A stretch of 64,000 nt of DNA from Tubulanus polymorphus (Eukaryota; Animalia; Nemertea), in assembly GCF_964204645.1 (NCBI RefSeq), contig NC_134025.1, positions 13,764,001-13,828,000 on the forward strand, written 5' to 3'. Shown one piece after another: positions 1-57,031 of the stretch. Positions within the stretch are counted from its first letter, which is position 1. Each line of letters starts with the position of its first letter. The notes below the pieces were generated by a model. It searched no databases, was not told the DNA's origin, and was given only the letters and a program-made list of their open reading frames with translations. The position numbers and the translations under genes are program-made.

Positions 1-1624
1 ATTTTTGGACGAATTTGAAAAATATTTTTTTGGTACCCAAATCCACGGTTGTGGTTATTATAAATTGCAAAGCGTAAGCTATAACAGTTGTTACTATTCC
101 ATGGACATTGTAAAAATATGGCTGCTCTGCCTACGAAACTAACAACTAATCATTACACCTACAGTCAAGCCCACTTAAGTTGGATCGGGATGTTGGATTT
201 TGATGTCGTATGGTTCTTCAATGACTTCAGTTAATTACATTCAATAATCCTATGGACATTTGTTTAAGTGCCTAAAAATGTTTACATTTAACCCTCAGTG
301 TGTCTACACCACAGTGCAGTGTATGAATTGGTGATGGACTTTACTAGCATTGATGTTAATAGTAATTAACTTTTATCTCTCTATGTAAAGATGGCAGCAC
401 CAGTCAGAGTTCTTTTTGCTCAATTTTTGCAGATTTTTGCAAGAAACTTATAAAAAAATTGAATTTGTCTACTGAATGACTGCTCTCACTTGTATTTTTC
501 TTAAGTGTTATATTTGAATGTATATCTCTATGCATGTGTTAGAAATTAGCTTTAATTCATAATTAGATTATTAAAAGATTTTGTCATATAAGAAATTATT
601 CATTAGCTATGGTTTTTTGTATTTGTTATGATTTGTAATTTCATACTTTCTATGTGTTTTTTACACTCTGCAAGTTTTGATATGGATTGTGCATTTCCGT
701 GTAGGCGAATGCCTTATATCATGCCTTAACGGCTCAGTAACTTTTTGGCATATATAATGTTTGATCAGAAATCTGTGTATTCAGTGTCAGCTCTACATGT
801 CGCACAGTGAACATGAAATTGTGAGTAGCCTCTCTTTAAATATGATTTTATCAATTATTTCAAATGCTATAATTTGTCGTACATGATGTAAAAATGAGCA
901 TAATTATTGTTGCTGAAATGTTTGTTTGTTTATTCTTTGTAGCAAACCATGAATACATAATAAATAATGTGTTAAAAACGTTCGCTGAAGTTGATTTAGA
1001 TCGTTGCCAGTCGCCGGTCAGCCAAGGCACGACAGCATGGATAGTTCTAATTAGTTACTATGTTATTTTCTGTTTGTTCATTTAAACAAGTATATTGTGT
1101 TATTGAATTTGTAAATTTTTATACCGTGTTATACATCTGTAAATCTTGTGTTGTCCCTCTAATACCTGTAATGGGTTTGAGTGTAAATGAATAAATAAAT
1201 TATTAGTAACTAACAATACACCATGCCGCAGTACGCCTGCTATTCAACACACCTGGGTGGAAGTTTTAGAAACATTCAAATTATCATCAGCACTTTTGGG
1301 TATTAATTAGTCAGCAAGGGAAAAGGTAAAGTCATATAAATACATAAGAAGTGTTCTCGCTTTTGAGCACAAAAATCGATTTGTTCTTGGATCTGCAATA
1401 ATGTATTAACAGCTGATTAAGATGAAATCATGGTGCACTGTGTAATAAGCATGTCCAACTCTGTTGATACACATGGTAATGGGTTTTCCCTATGAATCAC
1501 TAGCACATGGCTGGTTCTTGATAAGGATATCACTGGGAAAGCCCTTTCTAGAGGGATTTCCATATGATGATATGAGAACATTGAACAATTCTATGAAATT
1601 AATACACTTGTTAAACGTCAGTAA

Positions 1625-2390
1625 AGGCTGGCTTGCGACGCGACGCCTACCGACGCAACTGACAGCGACTGCGATTGCAGCCCAGCTTATGTCGACTGCC
1701 CTCCGATTCCCAGCAACTGAGGCCGACAAGCGAGATACGAGATCCGCCCAGTTGCTTCCCTGCTAATGTCGGTACGATTACTGGTAACTGAGCCGACTGC
1801 TGATGATCACGTGATAAGCATTTTGACAATAGATTTGAATTATTTTTAATTATTGGGAAATATAATTCCAGTAGATAAGCTATTTCTTTAAGATCTTATT
1901 CTTTCTGATTCTCTTTTGAATACAATGTTCTAGCGACATCATATAAAGATGGCCGCTCACACCATAATTCTACAAATTTCGTATCTAGATCTTCAGTCCA
2001 CTCATCTGCCATGCTGAAGGTTTGGTTTACGTATAGAACTGCTTGAATTTTGAAAGTTAATGACTAATTACTAATGACGCCAACTAGCGGTCATAATTTG
2101 TCTCATTGGCTGGAATTGCTGCGCTCAGTTCCGTCGCGTTGCAGATTAGCTTATGTTGGTTGCAATCGAAAGCAACTGTCCGCCTACCGTAGGCCGGAGT
2201 AGAACATGGGCAACTAGCCGGATACGGCTTGCGACGAGTCGGTAGGCGTCAGGTTGCCATCGGAGCCGGCTTATGTCGAAACGATAGAGCAGCAACTGGC
2301 GGCCTCTCGTAGGCTGCTAGTTGCCGCTAATCGGCGATAAACCCAGTTGCATCGGTAGGCGTCGCGTTGCTTGTCGACATAAGCCAGCCT
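1625..2390. mobile_element. Non-autonomous PIF/Harbinger-type MITE
   Basis: TIRs AGGCTGGCTT..AAGCCAGCCT with subterminal inverted GCGACGCCTACCGA motifs; TAA on both sides. Confidence 0.8.
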
Positions 2391-3652
2391 TAATAGAATC
2401 TAAACGTAAAACAAAATAAATGTTGTCTGGTCTGCAGCGCTTCTACGGCCACCGGTACCAACAAACTATCGAATAAACTCTACCCCCTCACATTTTCTCA
2501 TCGATTTAAGGCTTTTCAGAAAAATGACCTCGGACTTGAAAAATCCAGAATTCCGGATAAATCCGGAAAACTTTCCTCCCTGTACATGCTAAATGTATGA
2601 TATATCACTTTCATGCTTTGTTAGATATCGTAGGCTGTCTGGTGTCGTCATCTGCTCACAGGAAAATGAGTTAGAATGCCTCACAGAAATCAATACTTGA
2701 CTATACTATTCACTATAGCAGGTCTATTCAAATTGGTCGCTAATGACCAATTGCTGGTTAAAGCGTTAAATAAGTTGATTATATGAGCCCCAAATACTGG
2801 GAAAGAGCATCTGTGCACCTTCCAATAATAAAGTTTTCCGAGGAGGTTCCTGGTGCGTGGGAAGGGCTTACGCATATGGTGCTAGTTTTGTGAGGTATGC
2901 CATGCTTTTCAATCCAGTGAAAGCAATGATAAGTTGCATTAAGGCATCGCTCATTTTATGGTTCATGTTTTCAGCATTCATTCATTTGTTTGAAGTTGTA
3001 CTAGAGAATCTAAGGTCCGATGCCTTGGTTTCACTGTCTTTTCCAGCTGTTATAGATATAATTTTCTACTTTTGTCACCTATTATTGATATTCAATATAT
3101 TCTATATATTTTCCTAGCATGGCAAACAACATTCATCATAATAACCAAACCCAATGAGAATGAATATATGTAGCAACAATTGATGATACCGTTTTAAATC
3201 CTTGTTCTGGATTAAGCGGGCTTGACTGTATATCATTGCCTAAGCCATAAAAAGATAGATAACATGCGGCAGGACTGCTTTATAATCATAACTTCCACGT
3301 AACGTTTCACAATAAAATTGATTGACACCACAAACTCGATGTCAAGTCTACTTATACTTATTCTGAGTATGAAGAACATATCATGAATTCAATCCTTTCA
3401 GAAATATTGTTTTGTAGCGAAGCTTCAAAGTGAATGTTAACAGCATTGTGTACAATGAATTCTTAAGTGAAAGAATCTCACCTTCTGAGAATGTATGACG
3501 ACATTTTAAATGAACTGAAATTTCATATTCAAGTTGGATGAGTATAAGAAATCAAAACAGACAAACAGTGGAGAAAACTATCTAGTGTATCTCGCATTGA
3601 TTCAGTCCAGAATGAATAATAATAACACTAATAATAGAAATAATAATAATAA

Positions 3653-5461
3653 GGCCATCCCAAAATAATGGTCTATGCCGTAACCTGACCGACCCGACTT
3701 CAAAGGTACCGAGTGAAAACTTTTTTCTGGGATTCATTGAAATAAATTTAAATTTTGATAAAAACGGCCAACCGACCGACCCACTGCAGATGTATGAGCT
3801 ACGTATGTTTGAAGTCAAGTGTGCATCGTGTGAAAACATGCCTTGACATGTGGCCTAGTTTAAGTTTTCCAGGAAACTGGCAGTGTTCCAATAAGCTACC
3901 ATTCATTCTAATAGCGACAATATTAAAGCTGGTAATGTCAATGCACGCATATATTCAATGTACTGTTTCATTTTGAACACAGAGATGACGCTCTGGACGA
4001 AGTTATAATCTTAGAATAATTCTTGAAATCTACGCTATTAGACAAATTTCCCGCGCACAACGCAGACTTGCAATATTGTTTCCATGTAAAACTAGGGGTC
4101 CAGGGACACCATGCCCACTTGGGAAGTGGTTCCAAATGCTCAACAATCCAACAATTTCAATATTCAACGCCCCCTGGTGACTATATACAAAAACCAATGA
4201 CCTTGAAGCTCACCACAATCATAGAACATGTCAGCAGCTACGATTTTGTAATTGATTGTGATAAAAAAATATGCCTCGTTACCAATTTAATATGGAAATA
4301 CTAACTTATTCTACTATTTAACGCCCCCTGGTGACCACACTCAAAACCCAATGACCTCGAAACTTACAACAATCATAGAACATGTCATGAACTACAACTT
4401 TGCAATTGATCATGGTAACAAAATATGCTCAGGTACCAATATAATAAGGAAATATTAAGTTATTCTACTATTCAACGCCCCCTGGTGACCATATAGAATA
4501 ACTATTGTCCTTAAAACTCTCAACAATCATAGATGATGTCATGAGCTACAATTTTCCAATTGATTGTGGTTACAAAATATGCATAGGTACGAATATAATA
4601 TAGAAATGCTAAGATATTGCATTATTCAATGCCCCCTGGTGGCCATATACAAAATCCAATGACCTTGAAACTCACCACAATCATAGAACACGTTATGAGC
4701 TACAACTTTCTAAATGATTGTGGTAAAAAAAAAAAATACGCTTAGGTATCAATATAATGTGGAAAAACTTTTTTAAACCTACGAATGAGTACTGATGACA
4801 CCAAGATGGCCGCCAATTGCGTCATAATTGGCTGATGAAAAATACCTGTCTCAGGTATAAAACATCCCTTTCCAAAGGATACCCATCACAAATTGCAATG
4901 AGAAATGGTAAACCAGTAGGAAGCTACGGGACTTAGAATTCGGGCAGAAATTAACATTTTTGGGCACTAAAAAGGTCATAGGACGGCCATCTTGAGTCCG
5001 ATCGACCCAATTTTTCTTAAGCTGATGGGCCCTGGGGGGATTCACATATATCCAAAAGATCAAGGTAATTGATCAAAGCGTCTTCAAAATTTTCCTCAAA
5101 AAGTTCAAAAATGTGTAAAAAGTGCTGATTTTGGCGAACAATAATGGCTGCCAGTCGGCCATCTTGAATCTGACAGGGCCAGTTTTTGGGCTAACGATGT
5201 GTCTAGGGTAGATGCATGTGTAACCCAAATATCAAGACATTACCTTGAAGCGTCTTCAAAACTTCCCAAAATAACTGGATTCCGTCTACGGACAAACGGA
5301 CGAAAAGTGAACGCAATAAAGTCCCAAGTGGGCTAAAAAGGTGATAAATTTGGTTTTTTTTTGCCCAAAAATTTTGCCAAAAAAATTTCTACCTACCTAC
5401 CGACTCATCCTGAAAAGTTGAGTCAGTGTTACGGCAAACAGACAATTATTTTGGGATGGCC
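3653..5461. mobile_element. Zator-like MITE carrying nested insertions
   Basis: TIRs GGCCATCCCAAAATAAT..ATTATTTTGGGATGGCC, TAA TSD, inserted in an (AAT)n tract; contains HINE-A copy 1. Confidence 0.75.
4091..5337 (-). mobile_element. HINE (Helentron-associated) family A, copy 1
   Basis: Subterminal IR GCCCACTTGGG/CCCAAGTGGGC, GTCC-type microsatellite, 4x154-bp array, T-rich insertion site; half of the 5' hairpin is deleted. Confidence 0.85.

Positions 5462-5500
<39 letters not shown>
5462..5500. repeat. (AAT)n microsatellite
   Basis: About 13 perfect trinucleotide units. Confidence 0.95.
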
Positions 5501-5501
<1 letters not shown>

Positions 5502-5602
5502 TTAATGGTTTGTCATTGTATTGACCACCCTAGAATCAATTCTGGGGTACATATACACATGCATTATACATTAGATAAAATACAGATACAACATACGGAG
5601 AA

Positions 5603-51266
<45,664 letters not shown>

Positions 51267-51976
51267 ATCTCCTCACTTGACTAAATGATCCCACAAGACA
51301 TATTGTCATTGATGATAAACCTTTTAAATAATGTTTTCAAATGCATGAAAATATGACAAAAAAGTTTCCGGGTTCCAACTTCTCGGGTAAGACGAGACGA
51401 CGAAATAGTAGCGCAGGGGACACTGGAGTCAGCAGACACAAGTCTGTCTAAAGAAATACCGCCCTTTGGTTTTTTCGTTCCGACTTTGATTTTAATGTTT
51501 TAGATGCAACCTGAATGATTCATTTCAGGACTACACTCAGTCCTGAGCTTGGCACTCCATAACTACGTGCTCGCGTTTGTCCGATAGCGATTCGGGCGCT
51601 CGGCAGGTTCTCACCCAGCGCATTCGTTATCGAATTAACCAATTTAAAGAATGGAACATGTTATTTATAAAAAACAAAACATCACCATCATTTAGGCTGT
51701 ACATGTAAGGCTATCGATGGTACCTCTGTGATCTTACTCTGAACTAGCACTTTTCATTAACCACATACCAGACGGCTTACATTGTATTTTGAAACATGTA
51801 CTAGGTTATGAAATGATCAACTGTCTGAATCTCTTTTGGAATAGATTAAATATTTGACTAAAATTTGATAAAATTTTGTTGGCATATTTCTGTTTTTTTA
51901 CCGAAAAATTTCAATTTAGAAATTTAAACTATTGTTCAAAATTGATATACAATTATACACCCATCTGCGTCGTCCC

Positions 51977-52021
51977 ACGCCTGAGGATGGCCTGCCTTAG
52001 GGTGAGCTCGAAACGTCGTGT
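51977..52021 (+). ncRNA. Minimal type I hammerhead ribozyme
   Basis: ACGC CTGAGGA T[imperfect stem II]C GAAA CG TC GTGT: intact core, palindromic ACGT stem III, stem I ACGC/GTGT, downstream AATAAA. Confidence 0.6.
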
Positions 52022-52435
52022 CTTTTATATTTTAGATTGAAAAAATAAATTCTCGATTTTAAAATTCTCTTAATTAGTACATAGGTGGGGTTTTGTATGC
52101 ATCTGTTGAAGAATCGAAATTATATTGAAACTTTTGGAATGACATTATAATATAGCAGTGGTTTAAATGGGTGGGATGATAGTCCTGTCCAATAAGCTTA
52201 TGACCTAGGCCCGCTATCCATATGTCCTGGCTTAAAATAATTAATAGTTGCCAATTGTACATTTTGGGACTCGAACCCACTTTAAAGTAATCTTCGATAT
52301 CAGCTAAAACCCGGACTGGATACTATATTTCACCCGAAACGAAAAAAGCAAACGGTGGTGGGGGTCTACCGAAATTTTTCTAACACATTGTTCAAAAATG
52401 AGTAGAACATCGCTGGAGTAATAGGGAAAGTGTTG

Positions 52436-52728
52436 TTTCATACCAAAGGTCGAAGGGTCGAGCTCATAAAAAATGAAAAATATGAAAATAATAACAATTT
52501 CTACTTGAATTAGTCGCGAAACTCATAAAAAATGAAAAATAATTCTCACACACTCGAATTTATTTTTCATTTTTACTCGCTAGAAAAAAGTGTGAGTGAA
52601 ATAGATTCGAGCGCGCGAGAATTATTTTTCATTTTTTATGAGTTTCACTCCTAATTCAAGTAGCAATTGTTATTATTTTCATGTTTTTCATTTTTAATGA
52701 ACTCGACCATTCAACCTTTGATATGAAA
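52436..52728. repeat. 293-bp imperfect palindrome (arms about 130 bp)
   Basis: tttcataccaaaggtcgaagggtcgag..ctcgaatttattt is the reverse complement of aaatagattcgag..ctcgaccattcaacctttgatatgaaa. Confidence 0.92.
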
Positions 52729-52867
52729 GCCCATTACCCCCATTACTCTTAAAATATTCATATACATGAATAAAATATATATGAATAACATATAAATTGA
52801 TAGATTATTCAATATAAAAGTGTGAGTGAAATAATTCATATTTAAAACATTGAATATTTATATTGGA

Positions 52868-53518
52868 ATGAGTTTTAATAAAAATTTTGTTATAAAAATG
52901 AAGAAAGAAGAAGAAGAACCCAACTTTAAAATCGAAATCAATGAAACCAATAAATCATTTTCACAGTTTTACATTAAAAATTATATTTCAGCAACAAATT
53001 TAGTGTCCGCAAGACATTATAAAATCGATAACATAACTATGATTAATCAAATATTATCAAATGAAACATATTTAATTACTGAACTAGTAGATACTTTTGA
53101 TAATGGCGTTAAAAATCCTAAAATATTCAATACAGTTTTTAATTTCAAAGGAACTTTAGATGAAAACATAATTAATATTCTTAAAACTCCTTTCAATGAA
53201 AGAAATGATGATATAATACTTTCAAAAGATTACAACGATTTGATTAACTTAAGAATTGAAAAAAGACAATTATATTATTTCAATTTTGATAATAAACAAA
53301 TTATCTATAATGAAAATTCATCAAATATTGGAATTCAATGTGAATTAGATAATGAAAAATCATTTAAAGATATTGCAGTTCAATGTAATTTAGATGATGA
53401 ATTTAGAAAATTCAATCCTAATGAAAAAGTGCATTGTTATTGCGGAGGTAAATATTTAAAATCACATAAATCAAAGCATTATGAAACAATTAAACATAAA
53501 AACTGGCGTAAAGAGTAA
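52868..53518 (+). CDS. Hypothetical virus-like protein with C-terminal CxCG..H..H zinc finger (about 206-216 aa)
   Basis: Long uninterrupted ORF in very AT-rich DNA; EKVHCYCGGKYLKSHKSKHYETIKH; ATG at 52868 or 52898. Confidence 0.7.
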   Translation: MSFNKNFVIKMKKEEEEPNFKIEINETNKSFSQFYIKNYISATNLVSARHYKIDNITMINQILSNETYLITELVDTFDNGVKNPKIFNTVFNFKGTLDENIINILKTPFNERNDDIILSKDYNDLINLRIEKRQLYYFNFDNKQIIYNENSSNIGIQCELDNEKSFKDIAVQCNLDDEFRKFNPNEKVHCYCGGKYLKSHKSKHYETIKHKNWRKE

Positions 53519-53570
53519 CAATTCTACATTATAATTATTGAATTGAGTTAAATGATTTAAATATCTTATA

Positions 53571-53863
53571 GACTGTTAAAATGATAAATTGTTTGACAGT
53601 TAAAATGATAAATTGTTTGACAGTTGAAATGATAAATTGTTTGACAGTTAAAATGATAAATTGTTTGACAGTTAAAATGATAAATTGTTCGACAGTTGAA
53701 ATGATAAATTGTTTGATAGTTGAAATAATAAATTGTTTGACAGTTGAAGTGATAAATTGTTTGACAGTTGAAATGATAAATTGTTTGACAGTTGCAATGA
53801 TAAATTGTTTGACTGTTGAAATGTTAAATTGTTAGACTGTTGAAATGTTAAATTGTTTGGCTG
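53571..53863. repeat. 24-bp tandem minisatellite, about 12 units
   Basis: GACAGTTGAAATGATAAATTGTTT units. Confidence 0.95.
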
Positions 53864-53940
53864 TAAATTTAATTGTTATTTGATTTGAAACATATAAATA
53901 TTTAATATTTTATAAACTGTTTAATTTTTCTCTTAGATAA

Positions 53941-54138
53941 ATGGATGGTTTCATCCCAACTGGGAAAAGTGATTTGAAACATTATTTAGTAGCAGGCGGA
54001 TTAATATTTGCTGCGCTTTTCTTTTATTATGAAAATATCAGTAAGGATTTGATTAATGAAAATATAAAATTGAGCAAGAAATTAAAGAAGTTAAATGGAA
54101 ATAAAAATAATCATAAAAAAGTTATTGAACCAGATTAG
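53941..54138 (+). CDS. Small predicted single-pass membrane protein, 65 aa
   Basis: ATAAATG start, hydrophobic YLVAGGLIFAALFFYY, basic tail. Confidence 0.5.
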   Translation: MDGFIPTGKSDLKHYLVAGGLIFAALFFYYENISKDLINENIKLSKKLKKLNGNKNNHKKVIEPD

Positions 54139-54158
54139 TGAATTAATTAAATAAATAA

Positions 54159-54461
54159 ATGAGTGAAAATATATTAAACTTATTACATCTAATATATAAA
54201 AATCAACAGAATATTAAATCAATTATTATGCTTACAGGTTTATTTTCTTTTTCAATTTATAGTATAAAACAGTTGTTAGAATTCTATGATTGCTGTAAAA
54301 TTAGATACACTGAATTAATAGAAAATATAAATTATATTTCAGATAGATTGAATAATATTAAATGCTGTGAAGTATGTAATAAAAGATACAAAAAATTAAA
54401 GAGTTTAAAAACTCATAAATATATTCATGAACTTGATGAAAAATTATATGAATCAAAATAA
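54159..54461 (+). CDS. 100-aa protein with hydrophobic segment and C2H2 zinc finger
   Basis: ATAAATG start 20 nt after the previous stop; CEVCNKRYKKLKSLKTHKYIH fits Cx2Cx12Hx3H. Confidence 0.6.
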   Translation: MSENILNLLHLIYKNQQNIKSIIMLTGLFSFSIYSIKQLLEFYDCCKIRYTELIENINYISDRLNNIKCCEVCNKRYKKLKSLKTHKYIHELDEKLYESK

Positions 54462-54564
54462 GAAATCGACTGTTAAATTAGCTGAAAATATAAAATATAT
54501 TAGTTGAAATGTATGAAAATAAGTAAATTATATTTACGTTAAAAAAGGAGGGTTGAGGTATCAA

Positions 54565-54640
54565 TGTATTAAATACGTATTAAATACGTATCAAATACGT
54601 ATTAATGGTATTAAATACGTATTAATGGTATTAAATACAT
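54565..54640. repeat. 10-bp tandem repeat (GTATTAAATAC-like)
   Basis: About 7 degenerate units. Confidence 0.8.
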
Positions 54641-54975
54641 ATCATGCTTTATTTCTGAAAATGAAGTAAAAGAAGTAACTTATGTTTTAATTCATTCAAG
54701 TATGATATTGTAAATTCTTTACATTTGACTAGGATAATACAAGAGTGATATTAGTTAGTTGGCTTATTCAATAAGAGAAACAATGAAATAATACAGGAGT
54801 GATACTAACAGTTAAAGTTATTTAATTTCTTGTTAAATCTATTTGAATTCTAGTCAATTCTTGTTAACCAATAGCGCGAATAGAAATCAAAAAGATTTAA
54901 ATAAAAAAACAATAAGTTACTTTATCTAATACTAACTTATTTAACTTATTGTTTTTTTTAATTTAAATCATTCTT

Positions 54976-55355
54976 TGTTCAAGGTAAATGAAATATATTA
55001 TCTTCAAGATTATCATCCGGTATTTCAATTTATTCATTCGGATTTGTGCACGGACACGTTCTCTCGCCAGGGCCTTACTCAAGTATTTTATAGATAACGA
55101 TTAAAGAGAGGATTGTGACCGGTGTATCAATACTAACTAGTATATTTTCGATGATCTATCCTGAACTCAACTGAACTGAACTGGACTGGACTTTCTGAAC
55201 TATCTCAAAAATGTTAATTAGATATTTATAAGTGATGACTAGAGTTGACATAAGCGTAAAACTGACATGTGAGAGAGTGCTAAACTTACGATATACTATT
55301 CAGAACACTATGATCTCACATTGAAACTATAGTGTAAAATCCTCATTTCATAACA
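54976..55355 (-). mobile_element. Possible solo LTR
   Basis: Minus strand runs TGTTATG..TTGAACA with TATAAATA, (CAGTT)n and AATAAA in LTR-like order; no TSD found. Confidence 0.35.
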
Positions 55356-55927
55356 ACTGTTATATAGCAATCGGGGAACTAGCCGAATTCTAAAAATAAC
55401 GATGAAACGAAGGGTTCAATAATAATATGAAGAGCAGGTTTATTTTGCGAAATCTCAAAGTCAAGTCAGGAACAGTATTCATATCTTTTTACATAATCAG
55501 GAATGATAACTCGTAGTCAGCCCTATATCAACATTGAACGTATCATAATCTAACTATACATCTGATTATTGTGAATACATATGCTAGAGGCTATAAACTT
55601 AGATTTTAATAACTGGACGGATAATCATCTATTACACAAACGAGAGAAATGGCTTAACACCGGATTGATATCATCTAAAATGTACATCGTACTTTACTTT
55701 AGTAAACCTAATTTAGCAAAAAATTAGCACAGAAATGTGTGAAACCAAATATAAGTTAAGTGAGGAACTGATCAACTCTGATCCACAAACTTTGACCTCA
55801 AGCACCTGCTGAGAACCCTGCGATTTCATTGGACAGACAACTGTTAGCCAAACCTAAATCGTCATTATTACATTCGTCTCCATATACAAAAACGCTAAGT
55901 TTCAGGAGTGAAAACAGGTACAAAAGT

Positions 55928-56356
55928 ACGGAAGCGATAAAGGGCCTCGAGATGTCGCGTTCCAACTCGACAAGTCACCATATTTATGTCACCATATTTA
56001 TGTCGACATATCGCGATATATCGCGTCAAGTCGACATGAATATGTCGATATATCGTGACGTTTTGACGACATATTTCGTTTTCTCGACCACTTTCCTCGC
56101 GACAAGTCGACATATTCATGACGACTTGAAACTCAGTCGTCATATCACTGGCGTCCTCGTCTTACATTTAGACGTGTCTTCAAATGACGGCTTTTCCCGT
56201 GGAAAATGGGCAAAAAAGCGAAATTTGTCGTGAAAACGTCACGATATGACGACATATTCATGTCGACTTGACGCGATATATCGCGATATATCGACATAAA
56301 TATGGCGACTTGTCGAGTTGGAACGCGACATCTCGAGGTCCCTTATCGCTTCCGTA
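55928..56356. mobile_element. IS3EU-like palindromic MITE
   Basis: Long TIRs TACGGAAGCGATAA..TTATCGCTTCCGTA; 6-bp TSD CAAAAG. Confidence 0.8.
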
Positions 56357-57031
56357 CAAAAGAGACTTCGACAAACTCGTGACACTAATTCAATAAGATA
56401 AAAAATACAATACATGATCACTTCCACTAACTAACTTATTTAACATTTAATTATGACAGAGATTATTTGCCTTTAGAAAGGATAGCTTAAATACAATTGT
56501 AATTGTTCTTTTATATAGTAAAGACATATACAATAATTTCATGTAGGCCTATGTATTATTATTTGGGAATAAATGTGTTTATGCAATACACTAGTGATAC
56601 ATATGAAATATGTAATAGCGGAGAACTAGTGCTATACTGTCATTATGCCCTATGTCACGGAATGATTAATTCCACTACCATGGCCGGGGTATACCACCCA
56701 GAATTTCGACACGAGAAGGGGAGGGGGAAGATATGATCCTTTAAAGAAATTTTGATAGAACCTCTCACTTGTACTTTCAATTGGTCCCAAACAAGAAATC
56801 CAGTAAAATCACGTTGATTTCTTCCCGATTCTGACTCCTGTTCCAAGCTTGAAATCGATGAAACCGCAATCAACAGTCCTTTATCAGTTGTGATTAGAGC
56901 ATTAGAATAGAAATAAACCCAAATTATTTCAATATCTTTTAATCATTTTGTCGGAGTATTTTTCTTGGTCTCAAACTGCATTATGCGACAGGTTCACGCA
57001 CAAACTGTGCGAGCTGTGATGCGCCGACGGC

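Noticed and set aside
52262-52315. tRNA gene on the minus strand (GGTTCGAGTCCC B-box)
   Set aside because: No cloverleaf or acceptor stem can be built; the same applies to B-box-like motifs at about 37250, 39965 and 58705
53571-53863. CRISPR array, or the 84-aa ORF as a real gene
   Set aside because: Units are contiguous with no spacers and no cas genes; the ORF is a by-product of a 24-bp stop-free repeat
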